This document shows positions 20,335 to 30,774 of a stretch of DNA of 64,000 nt, one piece after another (position 1 is the first letter of the stretch; the number at the start of each line of letters is the position of its first letter). The position numbers were made by a program, and so were the translations under genes. The notes under the pieces are model-generated. The model had not been told where the DNA came from, did no database searches, and saw only the letters and a list, made by a program, of their open reading frames with translations. This DNA comes from an uncultured Gammaproteobacteria bacterium (GTDB lineage Bacteria > Pseudomonadota > Gammaproteobacteria > JAJDYQ01), in contig CALODD010000085.1 of the NCBI GenBank assembly GCA_942491945.1, positions 4,311 to 68,310 of the forward strand, read 5' to 3'.

Positions 20335-20592
20335 TTACGCAGGATAAACACTCACTTGCTGGCGACTATTCGGGCCTTTCGTTTCGAAAACGACTTTGCC
20401 GTCTACTTTAGCGAACAGTGTGTGATCACGACCACAACCAACATTCACTCCAGGGCGTACCGCAGTGCCACGCTGACGAATCAGGATGTTACCGGCCAGA
20501 ACGCTTTCGCCGCCGTAGCGCTTAACGCCAAGGCGTTTGGATTCTGAATCGCGACCGTTCCGAGAACTACCGCCTGCTTTTTTATGTGCCAT
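20335..20592 (-). CDS. rpmA: 50S ribosomal protein L27
   Basis: 85-aa ORF beginning [24 protein letters not shown]... Confidence 0.97.
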   Translation of the reverse strand: MAHKKAGGSSRNGRDSESKRLGVKRYGGESVLAGNILIRQRGTAVRPGVNVGCGRDHTLFAKVDGKVVFETKGPNSRQQVSVYPA

Positions 20593-20631
20593 TTTGGTCT
20601 AAACCTCTAAAAATTCGATATTTAATAACAA

Positions 20632-20943
20632 TTAGCCGGAAATACCGGTAATTTCTACTTCTGTGTAATTCTGACGATGTCCCTGACGCTTCATGTGGTG
20701 CTTGCGACGCTTGAACTTGATGATGTGGACTTTATCGCCACGACCATTTGCCACAACCTTTGCGCTGACCTTGCCACCGTCGATAGTAGGTGAACCGACC
20801 TTGCTGTTCTCGCCATCGGCCAACATCAGCACCTGATCGAACTCCACAGTGTCACCTGCTTCAGCTTTTAAGCTCTCAACACGAATCGTGTCGCCTTCTG
20901 AAACGCGGTACTGTTTGCCGCCTGTTTTAATCACTGCTTGCAT
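20632..20943 (-). CDS. rplU: 50S ribosomal protein L21
   Basis: 103-aa ORF beginning [18 protein letters not shown]... and ending ...[16 protein letters not shown]. Confidence 0.97.
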   Translation of the reverse strand: MQAVIKTGGKQYRVSEGDTIRVESLKAEAGDTVEFDQVLMLADGENSKVGSPTIDGGKVSAKVVANGRGDKVHIIKFKRRKHHMKRQGHRQNYTEVEITGISG

Positions 20944-20979
20944 GGTCTTTCCGTCAAAAAATAGTTAGGACACCCTAAA

Positions 20980-21017
20980 GGGGCGCGAATTCTAGCGATT
21001 GACTCCCTCATCGTCAA
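20980..21017 (-). promoter_or_regulatory. Predicted sigma70 promoter of rplU-rpmA with GC-rich discriminator
   Basis: On the minus strand: TTGACG (21017-21012), a 17-nt spacer, TAGAAT (20994-20989), then TCGCGCCCC. Confidence 0.55.
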
Positions 21018-21065
21018 CGAGAATAGCCCTAAATATCAGTAATTTCACCGAAATCATACATTTAC

Positions 21066-21102
21066 TGGTTTTGCACCGGGTGGATGGCTAGAATATGCGC
21101 CC
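21066..21102 (+). promoter_or_regulatory. Possible ispB promoter (-10 TAGAAT plus GC-rich discriminator, weak -35)
   Basis: TAGAAT at 21089-21094 is followed by ATGCGCCC. The -35 position reads TGGTTT, which is weak. If real, the ORF-track ATG at 21095 cannot be the ispB start. Confidence 0.3.
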
Positions 21103-21121
21103 TTTTCTCATGGATGAGCCA

Positions 21122-22123
21122 ATGGCCGAAGTTGCCGCTATTCAGACGCCGGGCATGACGCAAGCTGACATACAGGAGTTAGTCAGCGCGGACATGCAGC
21201 AAGTCGATCAGACGATTGTCGATCGTCTGAAGTCTGACGTGGTTCTGGTCAATCAGCTCGGCTCATACATCATTAACAGTGGTGGCAAGCGATTACGGCC
21301 CTTACTGGCCCTGCTAGCTGCCAAGGCCTGTGGTTATAACGGTAAAGATCACGTTCAGGTTGCCGCGATTATCGAATTCATCCATACCGCCACGCTGCTG
21401 CACGATGACGTGGTCGATGCCTCTGAGCTACGTCGTGGTCAGGACACGGCGAATGCAATCTGGGGCAATGAGGCCAGCGTACTGGTCGGCGACTTCCTGT
21501 ATTCCCGCGCCTTTCAGATGATGGTCGATATCGACCAGATGCGCGTCATGGACATTCTGGCTGAAACAACCAATGTGATTGCTGAGGGCGAGGTCATGCA
21601 GCTAATGAACTGTAATGACCCGGACACCACTGAGGAACAATATATTAATGTAATACAGTCTAAAACAGCTAAGCTGTTTGAAGCCGCTACTCGTCTGGGC
21701 GCTGTTTTGACCCATATGGATGAGGAATTTGAGACTGCGCTTGCCCACTATGGAATGCACCTCGGAACCGCATTTCAGTTGATTGATGACGCGCTGGACT
21801 ACGATTCCAGCGCCCAGGATATGGGTAAAAACATCGGCGATGATCTGGCGGAAGGCAAACCGACGTTGCCGCTAATTTATGCCATGCGCAAAGGCGATGA
21901 ACTCCAGACCAATACGGTGCGTGATGCCATCGAAAATGGGGGTTTAGATAACATCGACGCCATCATGGCAATCATTGAATCGACCCAAGGCATCGCGTAC
22001 ACTCGCGAACTTGCACGTGGGGAGGCGGATCGTGCGATAGTGTGCCTGTCTTACCTGGAAAACAGTCCTTACAAGGACGCTCTAGCTGGGCTGGCCAACT
22101 TCGCTGTCGACCGTTCTTTTTAG
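21122..22123 (+). CDS. ispB: Octaprenyl-diphosphate synthase (long-chain polyprenyl diphosphate synthase)
   Basis: Both aspartate-rich motifs are present (LLHDDVVD and FQLIDDALDY). The ORF track starts at 21095. I prefer ATG 21122 (preceded by GGATGAG) because of the putative promoter, and 21155 is also possible. Confidence 0.88.
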   Translation: MAEVAAIQTPGMTQADIQELVSADMQQVDQTIVDRLKSDVVLVNQLGSYIINSGGKRLRPLLALLAAKACGYNGKDHVQVAAIIEFIHTATLLHDDVVDASELRRGQDTANAIWGNEASVLVGDFLYSRAFQMMVDIDQMRVMDILAETTNVIAEGEVMQLMNCNDPDTTEEQYINVIQSKTAKLFEAATRLGAVLTHMDEEFETALAHYGMHLGTAFQLIDDALDYDSSAQDMGKNIGDDLAEGKPTLPLIYAMRKGDELQTNTVRDAIENGGLDNIDAIMAIIESTQGIAYTRELARGEADRAIVCLSYLENSPYKDALAGLANFAVDRSF

Positions 22124-22186
22124 CGCGGATGCCATCAGAAGCATTCTCGCCATCTTTCAAAAATAACCGGGAAAACGGACTGCGGT

Positions 22187-24985
22187 GTGAATAAAACCAA
22201 GACAACGCTCTATACCCTGATGTTCGCCAGCACAGGGCTGCTGGTTCCCCAGGTTTCATTTGCTGAAAATGCGTCTCCATGGGAATGTAAGCCCAGTGCG
22301 GACTACAGTTCATGGGTTTGCTTAAAAGACGGTAAATCGCCTGTTGAAGATGTACCCACTGTTGCAGAAACCCCAGCAGTAGAGCCGGAAGAAAAAAGAT
22401 CTTCAGATGTCACGGTTACACCACTCGCACAACCGGAACCTTTACGTGCGACACCTGTTGTTGAGGCTCCTGTTGAACCAGTAACACCTAAAACCGTACC
22501 AATAATTCAGCCGGAACCAGCTACGGAACAAGAACCAGTTGTTCAACAAACTACCCCGGTCGAACCACCGCCTGTTCCGGAGCAAGCTCCAGAATCTGAA
22601 CAACCTCTAGACCCTGTGGTGGCACGTGAGCAGGAAGCCATAGAACCGCCTGCTGCAATAACTGAGGCAGAACCGGAAAAAGCAGAAGAGCCCACTCAGG
22701 AAATCGCTCAGCCCGCAGCAATAGATAAAACCGAAACGCCAACCGACAAGCAATTCGAGGCTATTCCTGAACGTCCCCAACCTGAATTCGTACAGCAGAA
22801 CAAGGCTTTACCGTCCTGTGTTGCTGTCGCGCCTTCAGATAACCTGACCAGCGCAGAGCGTCGCCAGCTACGCGAATCTTCGGCAACGGAACTTGAAGCC
22901 GACGAAGCAATTTTCGAAAAAGACAAAAGCAGTACGCTGAGTGGTAATGTCACCATCAAGCGTGCTGACCAGTCCATACAATCCGACAAGATTGTCATAA
23001 ATAAAGAGACCAATCAGGCCGATGCCGAGGGCGCTGTCACTTATGATGATGCGCAAATGCAGATTCGCGCAGAACAGGCGCACCTGGATTTCGATACCGA
23101 TGAAAACTCCTTTGCAGAAGCATCGTTCATCACCAAAGAACGTTATTCGCGTGGCACAGCGGGACAGATCCAGACACAGGATAATGGTGACCGTGTCCGT
23201 TTAGATAAGGTGACCTACACCAGTTGTCCTCCTGGCGACAATAGCTGGATGCTGGAAGCAGAGCAGATCACGATTGATGATGTATCGGGCCGCGGTGAGG
23301 CGACCGATGTCAAAGTTGAGTTCTTTGATGTGCCGATTTTTTATACGCCATACATGAACTTCCCAATTGATGACCGTCGCATGACTGGCCTGTTAACACC
23401 ACGCTTTGGTCGCTCAGATGATCGCGGTACAGAGATCACAGCGCCGATCTACTGGAATATAGCGCCTGATATGGATGCCACATTCTACCCCCGTTATATG
23501 TCAAAACGTGGCTTACAGCTCGGCGGTGAATTTCGTTACCTGAACGAAACCAACGATGGCCAGGTCAATCTGGAATATCTGGGCGATGACGACAAGTACA
23601 CGGGACGTGGCAATAATGATCGCTGGGCCTTCCGCTTTGAACATGACGCAACCGTCTTTAACGACTGGAGCCTTGATGCCGATATACGCCGCGTCTCAGA
23701 TGAACAATATTTTGAAGACCTGGGTTCTAGCCTGACGCTCTCTAGCCAGCGTAATCTCGAAAGCCGCTTATACCTCGGTCACACTGCGGACAATTGGTCA
23801 GCCTCAGGCCTGTTGCAGGAATACCAAACTGTCGACCGCACAATTGTAGCGACAGACCGCCCTTATGAACGCATGCCACATCTAAATTTTGATACCTGGA
23901 GTGATACCTTCGGTGGTGGCTTTGTTGCCGCACTGGAATCTGAATACACTCACTTTGATCGAAAAAACAGCACCACAGGTAAACGTACTGACTTATACCC
24001 TAGCATCACCTACAGCCATGATAAGGCCGGTTACTACATCCGCCCTAAATTCGGTATTCGCTATACCAAATATTCTTTAAGCAATCAGGGCGCCATTCCT
24101 TCCAGTCAGAGCCGAACTGTACCGATTATAAGTGTCGATAGCGGCCTGTTCTATGACCGTGAAACTGACCTGCTCGGTAAGTCCATGCTACAAACTCTGG
24201 AACCACGCATGTACTACCTGCGTGTTCCTGAAAAGAACCAGACGAATATCCCCATCTTCGATACCGGTTTATATGATTACAACTCATCCACGTTGTTTAG
24301 CGAAAACCGTTTCAGCGGACTGGATCGTATCGGCGACACCAATCAGTTAAGTGTTGGCGTTACCAGCCGTTTTCTGGATAACAACAGCGGCGCCGAAAAG
24401 CTTGCCATGACCCTCGGACAGATTTATTACTTCAGTAATCGTGATGTCACTTTGCCTGGTGGTACTCGTGATACTGACGATAGCTCGCCAATTATTGCAG
24501 AAGTGCGTTATCGTCCATACGACCGGTTAGTCGCGAGTGCATTAGCACACTGGGATCCTGAAACCAGCAAGACTGAAAGAACAATTTACCGTTTAAAATA
24601 CCAGCCAGCTGACGACAAGGTGCTTAACCTGGCTTATCGTTACCGCAAAGATTTTCTCAAGCAAACTGATGTGTCTTTCCTGTGGCCGCTAGATGATATG
24701 GGGCGCTGGCACGCTGTTGGTCGCTGGAATCACTCGTTACGTCATAATAAATCCCTGGATACTTTTGCTGGCATCGAATACGAAAGCTGCTGCTGGAAAA
24801 CTCGAGTTGTTGCCCGTCGCTGGGTTAATGACATCAATAGCGACTATGACACTGGCATCTTCTTCGAGCTTGAACTCAAAGGCCTTGGCAGCGTTGGTGA
24901 CAACATCACCAGTTTCCTTGAAACAGGTATCCTCGGATATGACCGTCATATAAAAGATGAAGACGATGATACGTATTACTACTAA
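22187..24985 (+). CDS. lptD: LPS-assembly outer-membrane protein LptD with a long Pro/Glu-rich N-terminal insertion
   Basis: 932-aa ORF with a GTG start and the signal peptide MNKTKTTLYTLMFASTGLLVPQVSFA. An OstA-like N-domain (LSGNVTIKRADQSIQSDKIVINK...) and a large beta-barrel region follow. It has the conserved position upstream of surA. Confidence 0.92.
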   Translation: MNKTKTTLYTLMFASTGLLVPQVSFAENASPWECKPSADYSSWVCLKDGKSPVEDVPTVAETPAVEPEEKRSSDVTVTPLAQPEPLRATPVVEAPVEPVTPKTVPIIQPEPATEQEPVVQQTTPVEPPPVPEQAPESEQPLDPVVAREQEAIEPPAAITEAEPEKAEEPTQEIAQPAAIDKTETPTDKQFEAIPERPQPEFVQQNKALPSCVAVAPSDNLTSAERRQLRESSATELEADEAIFEKDKSSTLSGNVTIKRADQSIQSDKIVINKETNQADAEGAVTYDDAQMQIRAEQAHLDFDTDENSFAEASFITKERYSRGTAGQIQTQDNGDRVRLDKVTYTSCPPGDNSWMLEAEQITIDDVSGRGEATDVKVEFFDVPIFYTPYMNFPIDDRRMTGLLTPRFGRSDDRGTEITAPIYWNIAPDMDATFYPRYMSKRGLQLGGEFRYLNETNDGQVNLEYLGDDDKYTGRGNNDRWAFRFEHDATVFNDWSLDADIRRVSDEQYFEDLGSSLTLSSQRNLESRLYLGHTADNWSASGLLQEYQTVDRTIVATDRPYERMPHLNFDTWSDTFGGGFVAALESEYTHFDRKNSTTGKRTDLYPSITYSHDKAGYYIRPKFGIRYTKYSLSNQGAIPSSQSRTVPIISVDSGLFYDRETDLLGKSMLQTLEPRMYYLRVPEKNQTNIPIFDTGLYDYNSSTLFSENRFSGLDRIGDTNQLSVGVTSRFLDNNSGAEKLAMTLGQIYYFSNRDVTLPGGTRDTDDSSPIIAEVRYRPYDRLVASALAHWDPETSKTERTIYRLKYQPADDKVLNLAYRYRKDFLKQTDVSFLWPLDDMGRWHAVGRWNHSLRHNKSLDTFAGIEYESCCWKTRVVARRWVNDINSDYDTGIFFELELKGLGSVGDNITSFLETGILGYDRHIKDEDDDTYYY

Positions 24986-26291
24986 AACCCTTCTGGTTAC
25001 ATTAGTAACCGCCCTGACCTGGCATGCCAGTGCGCAGCAGTTAGACGCGCCAGTTGCTGACATTATAGAGCTAGACCGAATCGTTGCCCTGGTGAATGAC
25101 GATGTACTGATGTACAGCGAGCTTTCGAGTCGAATTCGCAAAGTTCGACAGGAACTCAGAGATCAGGACATACCACCTCCGCCAATCAAGGTACTGGAAA
25201 AACAGGTACTTGAACGCCTGATATTGCAACGCCTGCAATTGCAGGAGGCACAACGTGATGGTATTCGTGTTGACGATCAAACACTCAATCGCACATTGCA
25301 AAAGATTGCGCAGGGAAACAACCTGACGCTGTCTCAATTCCGCCGCTTACTGGAACGCGATGGTTTCAGCTTCGCACAATTTCGCGAAGATGTACGCGAA
25401 GAGATTCAAATTGGGCGTGTTCGTAGCCGTAAAGTCAGGAACCGCATTAAGGTCTCAGATCAGGAAATTGCACACTTACTAGAGAACCTGGAAAATCGCG
25501 GTGGACTAGCTAACCAGTATCGCCTTGCTCATATCCTGATCGCTATTCCAGATGGTTCTACGCCCGGTGAAATTGAGCGTTACCGCAACCGAGCTGAAGA
25601 GGTACAGGGAAAGCTGGCCGGTGGTGCCGATTTCCGTCAGATGGCTGCAGCATATTCTGATTCACAAACCGCAATGGAAGGTGGTGATTTAGGCTGGCGT
25701 AAACGTAGTGAGCTGCCGAGCGTATTCGAAGAAGTCGTACCAAGAATGTCGAAAGGCGATGTGAGCTCTATTATCCGAACACCCGGCGGATTCCATCTTA
25801 TCCAGCTCGCCGATATTCGAGGTGGTGACAAAGTCATGGTTACTGAAACCAAAACACGACATATCCTGATCAAGCCATCAGAGATTGTCAGCGAACAGGA
25901 TGCACGAGCACGCGTCCAGCAACTACGAAACCGGATCATGTCTGGTGAAGACTTTATCCAGATCGCAAAATCTAATTCTGACGATACCGCCAGTGCCGTT
26001 GACGGCGGTGAACTAGGCTGGGTTAAACCTGGTCAAATGACACCTGAGTTTGAAGATATGATGCAGGCAACTGCCGTTGGTGATGTCAGCGAACCATTTA
26101 ATTCCCCTTTCGGCTGGCATATTCTGAAAGTTGAAGATCGCCGCCAGCATGATGGCACGCTTGAATTTCGTGAGAATAAAGCGCGTGAGATTATCCGTAA
26201 GCGTAAAATGGAAGAAGAGCTGGAACTCTGGTTGCGTCGCCTGCGTGATGGTGCATACATCGAGTTACGTCTGGACGAAGAAGAGCTTTAA
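24957..26291 (+). CDS. surA: Periplasmic chaperone / PPIase SurA
   Basis: 444-aa ORF with a signal peptide and two parvulin domains (GGDLGW...GFHLI and GGELGWV...FGWHILKV). Confidence 0.95.
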   Translation: MKTMIRITTKTLLVTLVTALTWHASAQQLDAPVADIIELDRIVALVNDDVLMYSELSSRIRKVRQELRDQDIPPPPIKVLEKQVLERLILQRLQLQEAQRDGIRVDDQTLNRTLQKIAQGNNLTLSQFRRLLERDGFSFAQFREDVREEIQIGRVRSRKVRNRIKVSDQEIAHLLENLENRGGLANQYRLAHILIAIPDGSTPGEIERYRNRAEEVQGKLAGGADFRQMAAAYSDSQTAMEGGDLGWRKRSELPSVFEEVVPRMSKGDVSSIIRTPGGFHLIQLADIRGGDKVMVTETKTRHILIKPSEIVSEQDARARVQQLRNRIMSGEDFIQIAKSNSDDTASAVDGGELGWVKPGQMTPEFEDMMQATAVGDVSEPFNSPFGWHILKVEDRRQHDGTLEFRENKAREIIRKRKMEEELELWLRRLRDGAYIELRLDEEEL

Positions 26292-26296
26292 CCACA

Positions 26297-27277
26297 TTGT
26301 CACTGCCCCGTTTAGTTATCACACCGGGTGAACCTGCGGGGATTGGACCTGACATCTGCTTGCAATTAGTTCAGCAGGAAATACCAGCTGAACTGGTTTT
26401 CATTACAGACCCCGAAGTGCTCAAAAGCAGAGCACAACTACTTGGTTTGAACACCGATATACAGACGCTTAGTTCTGTTACTGACGCTACGCCGCATCAA
26501 TTAAATACTCTAAACGTCCTTTCCGTCACATGCCCTGAAGCCGTCGAAATCGGCTCGCTCAACCCGCTCAATGCCTCATTCGTAACTAACACGCTGGATA
26601 CTGCCATTGATATGGTTCACTCGGGCAAGGCCGACGCCATCGTCACCGCCCCAGTACATAAAGGCATCATCAATGATGCTGGCATACCTTTTAGCGGACA
26701 TACCGAATGGCTAGCCGAACGAACCAATGCCAGCAAGCCCGTCATGATGCTTGCTAATAATGACTTACGTGTCGCACTGGCAACGACTCATTTACCTTTG
26801 AAAGATATCTCAAATGCGATCACGTCAGACTTATTGGAAGAGATCATTACGATTATTCATGATGATCTGCAGAGTAAATTTCATATCATCGAACCTCGTA
26901 TACGGGTCTGCGGCCTGAACCCGCATGCAGGTGAAGATGGACACCTGGGTCGCGAAGAAATCGACACCATAATTCCAGTATTACAGAGACTCCGCCAGCA
27001 AGGCTTCAACCTGCAGGGGCCAGTACCAGCAGATACCGCGTTTTTACCGGATACATTAAACGGTGCTGATGCCATCCTGGCAATGTACCATGATCAGGGC
27101 TTGCCCGTATTAAAGTACAGCGGCTTCGAGACTGCGGTAAACATTACTCTGGGCTTGCCGATTATTCGCACATCGGTTGATCACGGCACTGCCCTGGAAT
27201 TAGCCGGCACAGGTAAAGCGAACGTATCCAGTTTACGTGCCGCTGTGGATACCGCCATTGAGATGGCTCGTGGCTGA
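26297..27277 (+). CDS. pdxA: 4-hydroxythreonine-4-phosphate dehydrogenase
   Basis: 326-aa ORF (TTG start) with [25 protein letters not shown] and TSVDHGTA. Confidence 0.95.
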   Translation: MSLPRLVITPGEPAGIGPDICLQLVQQEIPAELVFITDPEVLKSRAQLLGLNTDIQTLSSVTDATPHQLNTLNVLSVTCPEAVEIGSLNPLNASFVTNTLDTAIDMVHSGKADAIVTAPVHKGIINDAGIPFSGHTEWLAERTNASKPVMMLANNDLRVALATTHLPLKDISNAITSDLLEEIITIIHDDLQSKFHIIEPRIRVCGLNPHAGEDGHLGREEIDTIIPVLQRLRQQGFNLQGPVPADTAFLPDTLNGADAILAMYHDQGLPVLKYSGFETAVNITLGLPIIRTSVDHGTALELAGTGKANVSSLRAAVDTAIEMARG

Positions 27278-28079
27278 CAATCAGCATAGACCGCGTAAAC
27301 GCTTTGGCCAGAACTTCCTGCATGATCAGAATGTACTTTCCAGAATGGTGCAATCCATCTATCCGCGTAAGGATGATCGCATTGTAGAAATCGGCCCCGG
27401 TCAGGGGGCATTGACCTGCCCACTACTTGAACAGCATGGCTCATTAACGGCGATTGAACTGGACCGCGACCTTGCGCCATTGCTACTGGAGAAATGTGCC
27501 TCGCTTGGTGAATTCACCTTACATCAGGGTGATGCGATGAAATTCGATTTTTCAGCGATCGCCAGTGAAGACGAAAAAATTCGTATTGTCGGTAATCTTC
27601 CCTATAACATCTCAACGCCCATACTTTTCCATTTAGCCAAATATGCTCCCCTGATTCAGGACATGCATGTTCTGCTACAGCGAGAAGTCGGCACACGTAT
27701 TACAGCGGAACCTGGCGGTGGAGATTACGGCAAACTATCGATCATGATGCAAAGCATCTTTCAGACCAGTCTATTGTTTAACGTTGGCCCCGGTGCTTTC
27801 AAACCGCCACCCAAAGTACAGTCGACATTTATTCGACTAACACCGCATGCCACGCCCATTATTAATATCAAAGATCAGTCACGTTTCAATGAGGTTGTCA
27901 CGGCTGCTTTTTCCCAACGACGTAAAACCTTACGTAACAGCCTCAAAACTCAGGTTACTTTAGAACAATTTGAAGCGGCCGATATCGATCCGTCCCGTCG
28001 AGCGGAAACTTTATCGCTGCAGGAATTCGCGCGGCTTTCTAATTTGGATAAACCTGCCAAATCAACTGAGAGTCGTTAA
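27237..28079 (+). CDS. rsmA: 16S rRNA (adenine1518/1519-N6)-dimethyltransferase
   Basis: Contains [20 protein letters not shown] and [10 protein letters not shown]. The track start at 27237 overlaps pdxA. The true start may be the in-frame GTG at 27270. Confidence 0.93.
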   Translation: MPLWIPPLRWLVADNQHRPRKRFGQNFLHDQNVLSRMVQSIYPRKDDRIVEIGPGQGALTCPLLEQHGSLTAIELDRDLAPLLLEKCASLGEFTLHQGDAMKFDFSAIASEDEKIRIVGNLPYNISTPILFHLAKYAPLIQDMHVLLQREVGTRITAEPGGGDYGKLSIMMQSIFQTSLLFNVGPGAFKPPPKVQSTFIRLTPHATPIINIKDQSRFNEVVTAAFSQRRKTLRNSLKTQVTLEQFEAADIDPSRRAETLSLQEFARLSNLDKPAKSTESR

Positions 28080-28121
28080 GCAAGCTGATAGAATTCAACT
28101 ATTAGAGACAAAGTCATCAAT

Positions 28122-28493
28122 ATGAACTATTCCATCGAAGTTAAAGCTGAACCTCAGTACATCCCAGCACAATCGGACCCTGCTGAGAATCGTTATGTAT
28201 TCGCCTATACCATCACTCTGAAAAACACGGGTGATGTTGCCGCTAAACTCATGACTCGTCACTGGGTCATCACCAATGCCAATGCTGAGGTACAGGAAGT
28301 TCGCGGTGGTGGCGTTGTCGGCGATCAACCCCACCTGAAACCGGGCGAAGGCTATCAATACACGTCGGGCTCCATCATGGAAACGCCGGTTGGTAGTATG
28401 CGTGGTAGCTATCAGATGGTTGCCGATGACGGCACCGAATTTGATGCAGAGATACCAACCTTTACGCTGGCAGTGCCCGGCACATTAAATTAA
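28122..28493 (+). CDS. apaG: ApaG protein
   Basis: 123-aa ORF with RYVFAYTITLKN...L..RHWVITNANAEVQEVRG.GVVGDQP.L.PGE.YQYTSG. Confidence 0.95.
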   Translation: MNYSIEVKAEPQYIPAQSDPAENRYVFAYTITLKNTGDVAAKLMTRHWVITNANAEVQEVRGGGVVGDQPHLKPGEGYQYTSGSIMETPVGSMRGSYQMVADDGTEFDAEIPTFTLAVPGTLN

Positions 28494-28499
28494 TGCTCT

Positions 28500-29321
28500 A
28501 TGGCTATTTACGCCATTGGTGATATCCAGGGCTGTTTCGATCAGCTACAACATTTACTCGATGTTATCGAATTTAATCCGAGTGAAGACCAACTCTGGTT
28601 TGTCGGCGACCTCGTTAATCGAGGCCCTAAAAACGTACAGACATTACGTTTTGTAAAAGATCTTGGTGACAACGCAATAAGCGTCCTGGGCAATCATGAT
28701 TTACATCTACTGGCTATCGCCTATGGTCATCGTAAGATCCATCCAGAGAAAGATACCTATCAGGATATTGTTACCGCACCTGACTATGAAGAGTTGATTA
28801 ACTGGTTACGACATCGGCCCATTCTCCATCGCGACGATAACAACGGCTTCACTATGGTACATGCCGGTCTACCACCTCAATGGGACTTATCACGCGCTCA
28901 GCAATGCGCGAATGAAATACAACAAGTACTACGTAGCGACATGATCGATAGCTTCCTGGCCAATATGTACGGTAATGAGCCTAACCTCTGGTCTGATACT
29001 TTAAGTGGCTGGGATCGTCTGCGATTTATTACCAACAGCTTCACACGGATACGCTACTGCGACAAAGAAGGTCGAGAAGATTTCATAAACAACCGCGAGC
29101 TCGGTACACAACCTGAATATTTACTCCCCTGGTTTGATCTACCCAATCGGCAGAACAAAAATCTAAAGATCATATTTGGTCATTGGGCAGCACTTGGTCA
29201 TCACTTACAGAAGAATATTTTCGCGTTGGACAGCGGCTGCGTCTGGGGCGGCAAACTCACTGCCATGAAGGTCTGTGATAAACCCAAATACTTTCAGGTG
29301 GGATGCCACAATGATGAATGA
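28500..29321 (+). CDS. apaH: Bis(5'-nucleosyl)-tetraphosphatase, symmetrical
   Basis: 273-aa ORF with MAIYAIGDIQGC, FVGDLVNRGP, GNHD and GHWA metallophosphatase motifs. Confidence 0.95.
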   Translation: MAIYAIGDIQGCFDQLQHLLDVIEFNPSEDQLWFVGDLVNRGPKNVQTLRFVKDLGDNAISVLGNHDLHLLAIAYGHRKIHPEKDTYQDIVTAPDYEELINWLRHRPILHRDDNNGFTMVHAGLPPQWDLSRAQQCANEIQQVLRSDMIDSFLANMYGNEPNLWSDTLSGWDRLRFITNSFTRIRYCDKEGREDFINNRELGTQPEYLLPWFDLPNRQNKNLKIIFGHWAALGHHLQKNIFALDSGCVWGGKLTAMKVCDKPKYFQVGCHNDE

Positions 29322-29538
29322 AGAAACAATAGCTTTCTCGCTTGAAGGTCGTGAGTATGTCGAACTAAATAATTTATTAAAGCTAACTGGCTTATGTTCT
29401 AGCGGGGGTGAAGCCAAGGCATTGATCGCGGATGGCATGGTGAGCGTTGATAGCGCTGTGGAATTACGTAAGCGATGTAAAATTCGTACCGGCCAGAAAG
29501 TTCAGTTTAACGACCACACTATCCAAATATCAGACTAG
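29311..29538 (+). CDS. S4-domain RNA-binding protein, YbcJ-like
   Basis: Likely start at ATGATG 29311, overlapping the apaH stop. Contains ELNNLLKLTGLCSSGGEAKALIADGMVSVDSAVELRKRCKIRTGQKV, typical of YbcJ. Confidence 0.75.
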   Translation: MMNEETIAFSLEGREYVELNNLLKLTGLCSSGGEAKALIADGMVSVDSAVELRKRCKIRTGQKVQFNDHTIQISD

Positions 29539-30767
29539 AAATTTAATAGAATCTTTCGGCCATGAAAATCAATTGACGCATGACCGGGTTGTCCACTCGC
29601 CTTGATAATAAGCGTATGGTAATCATAAATATCGATGTCGAGGTTTAAGCCTTCAGAGTACGAAGACCGATATGAACCTTCACCATCCCTTGGGCCACTG
29701 GGTGGCACATAGACCGCAATCTTCTTACCTGCTTCTAATTTAATCGGCGTGTGCTTACCTGACCAGATATAGGTCGGCATGGGCAATGACTGTGTTCTGA
29801 ATTTCCAGCTCATTTGTTTGGGTAATCCAGCAATCTCATAAACTAACTCAACCCGATAAACCGTATTCCAATCAAGGCGCTGTAAAGGAAATAACACAAA
29901 TTCATTCCATTGTATTTTTTCGTTTCTGTCATTCGATGTGGAGAGAAACATGGTTTCTTCTTCCTTTCGATTATCCCGCTGACGGAATATTTCGAAACGG
30001 GTAATGACGGGTCGTGCCAGAAAATAGGTCGCTGGATTAAACTGTATTGATACAGGGTAGCCTGTTACATCATAGTAAGGCACGGGATCAGGATCTTCTT
30101 CATAAAACCCGGGCGGTATGCCAATGGCATTTTTTGCAGGCCAGATAACATGATCCGGGTTTTTATTCTGGATAATAGAATCGGCCTTTTGTACAGCATC
30201 CGGCGCTACACGAAATCGTGTGTCTGGGCATACCGAATAAGTGTAGGGCCCCGGTCGGGTAAATGGTGCGCCATTACACATCTCAACTTTCGCAGTACTA
30301 CCGAAATTGTAGGTATACGCACTATATTCTGGGCTAACGCTGGCTCCAGCACCTGCTTCATCATATTCAAAACTTAAAAATGCCAGACGATGATAGATCG
30401 CGGACATTAAGCCGTCGACTGATTTCTGTGCTGATGTTGGATGCGAATGGTAGGAAACATTCTCACCTGTTTGGCGACTGAGATATCCTGTTCTTACAAT
30501 ACGATCTACATGTGATCGCCCTGTATAGCCTCGACGCCCTGATCGTTCTCCATGACCACCCACACGATTAGTATGCAAGTAATAGGAATGGTTTTGCGCT
30601 GCCTCCTGTAAGGACGAGTTGTAAGTAAATGGGATCATGCCCGCTTGCTTGCGAATCTGATTCAGGTAATTAAATGCCTGTTGAGCCTCAGTGCCATAAA
30701 CAGCTGATAATGGTGATACTGATAACGTAAGAAGGAACGATATAACAGCAAGCGAGAATCTTTTCAT
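29535..30767 (-). CDS. Secreted CAP/SCP (PR-1-like) domain protein with an uncharacterised C-terminal ~250 aa
   Basis: 410-aa ORF with the signal peptide MKRFSLAVISFLLTLSVSPLSA and a CAP-like N-domain (AFNYLNQIRKQAGMIPFTYNSSLQEAAQNHSYYL...GHGE). Confidence 0.6.
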   Translation of the reverse strand: MKRFSLAVISFLLTLSVSPLSAVYGTEAQQAFNYLNQIRKQAGMIPFTYNSSLQEAAQNHSYYLHTNRVGGHGERSGRRGYTGRSHVDRIVRTGYLSRQTGENVSYHSHPTSAQKSVDGLMSAIYHRLAFLSFEYDEAGAGASVSPEYSAYTYNFGSTAKVEMCNGAPFTRPGPYTYSVCPDTRFRVAPDAVQKADSIIQNKNPDHVIWPAKNAIGIPPGFYEEDPDPVPYYDVTGYPVSIQFNPATYFLARPVITRFEIFRQRDNRKEEETMFLSTSNDRNEKIQWNEFVLFPLQRLDWNTVYRVELVYEIAGLPKQMSWKFRTQSLPMPTYIWSGKHTPIKLEAGKKIAVYVPPSGPRDGEGSYRSSYSEGLNLDIDIYDYHTLIIKASGQPGHASIDFHGRKILLNF

Positions 30768-30774
30768 CGACCCG

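Noticed and set aside
27237-27277. 41-nt overlap of the rsmA ORF with the pdxA 3' end.
   Set aside because: It is probably an ORF-caller artefact. An in-frame GTG at 27270 gives [17 protein letters not shown], a normal RsmA N-terminus, with only an 8-nt overlap.
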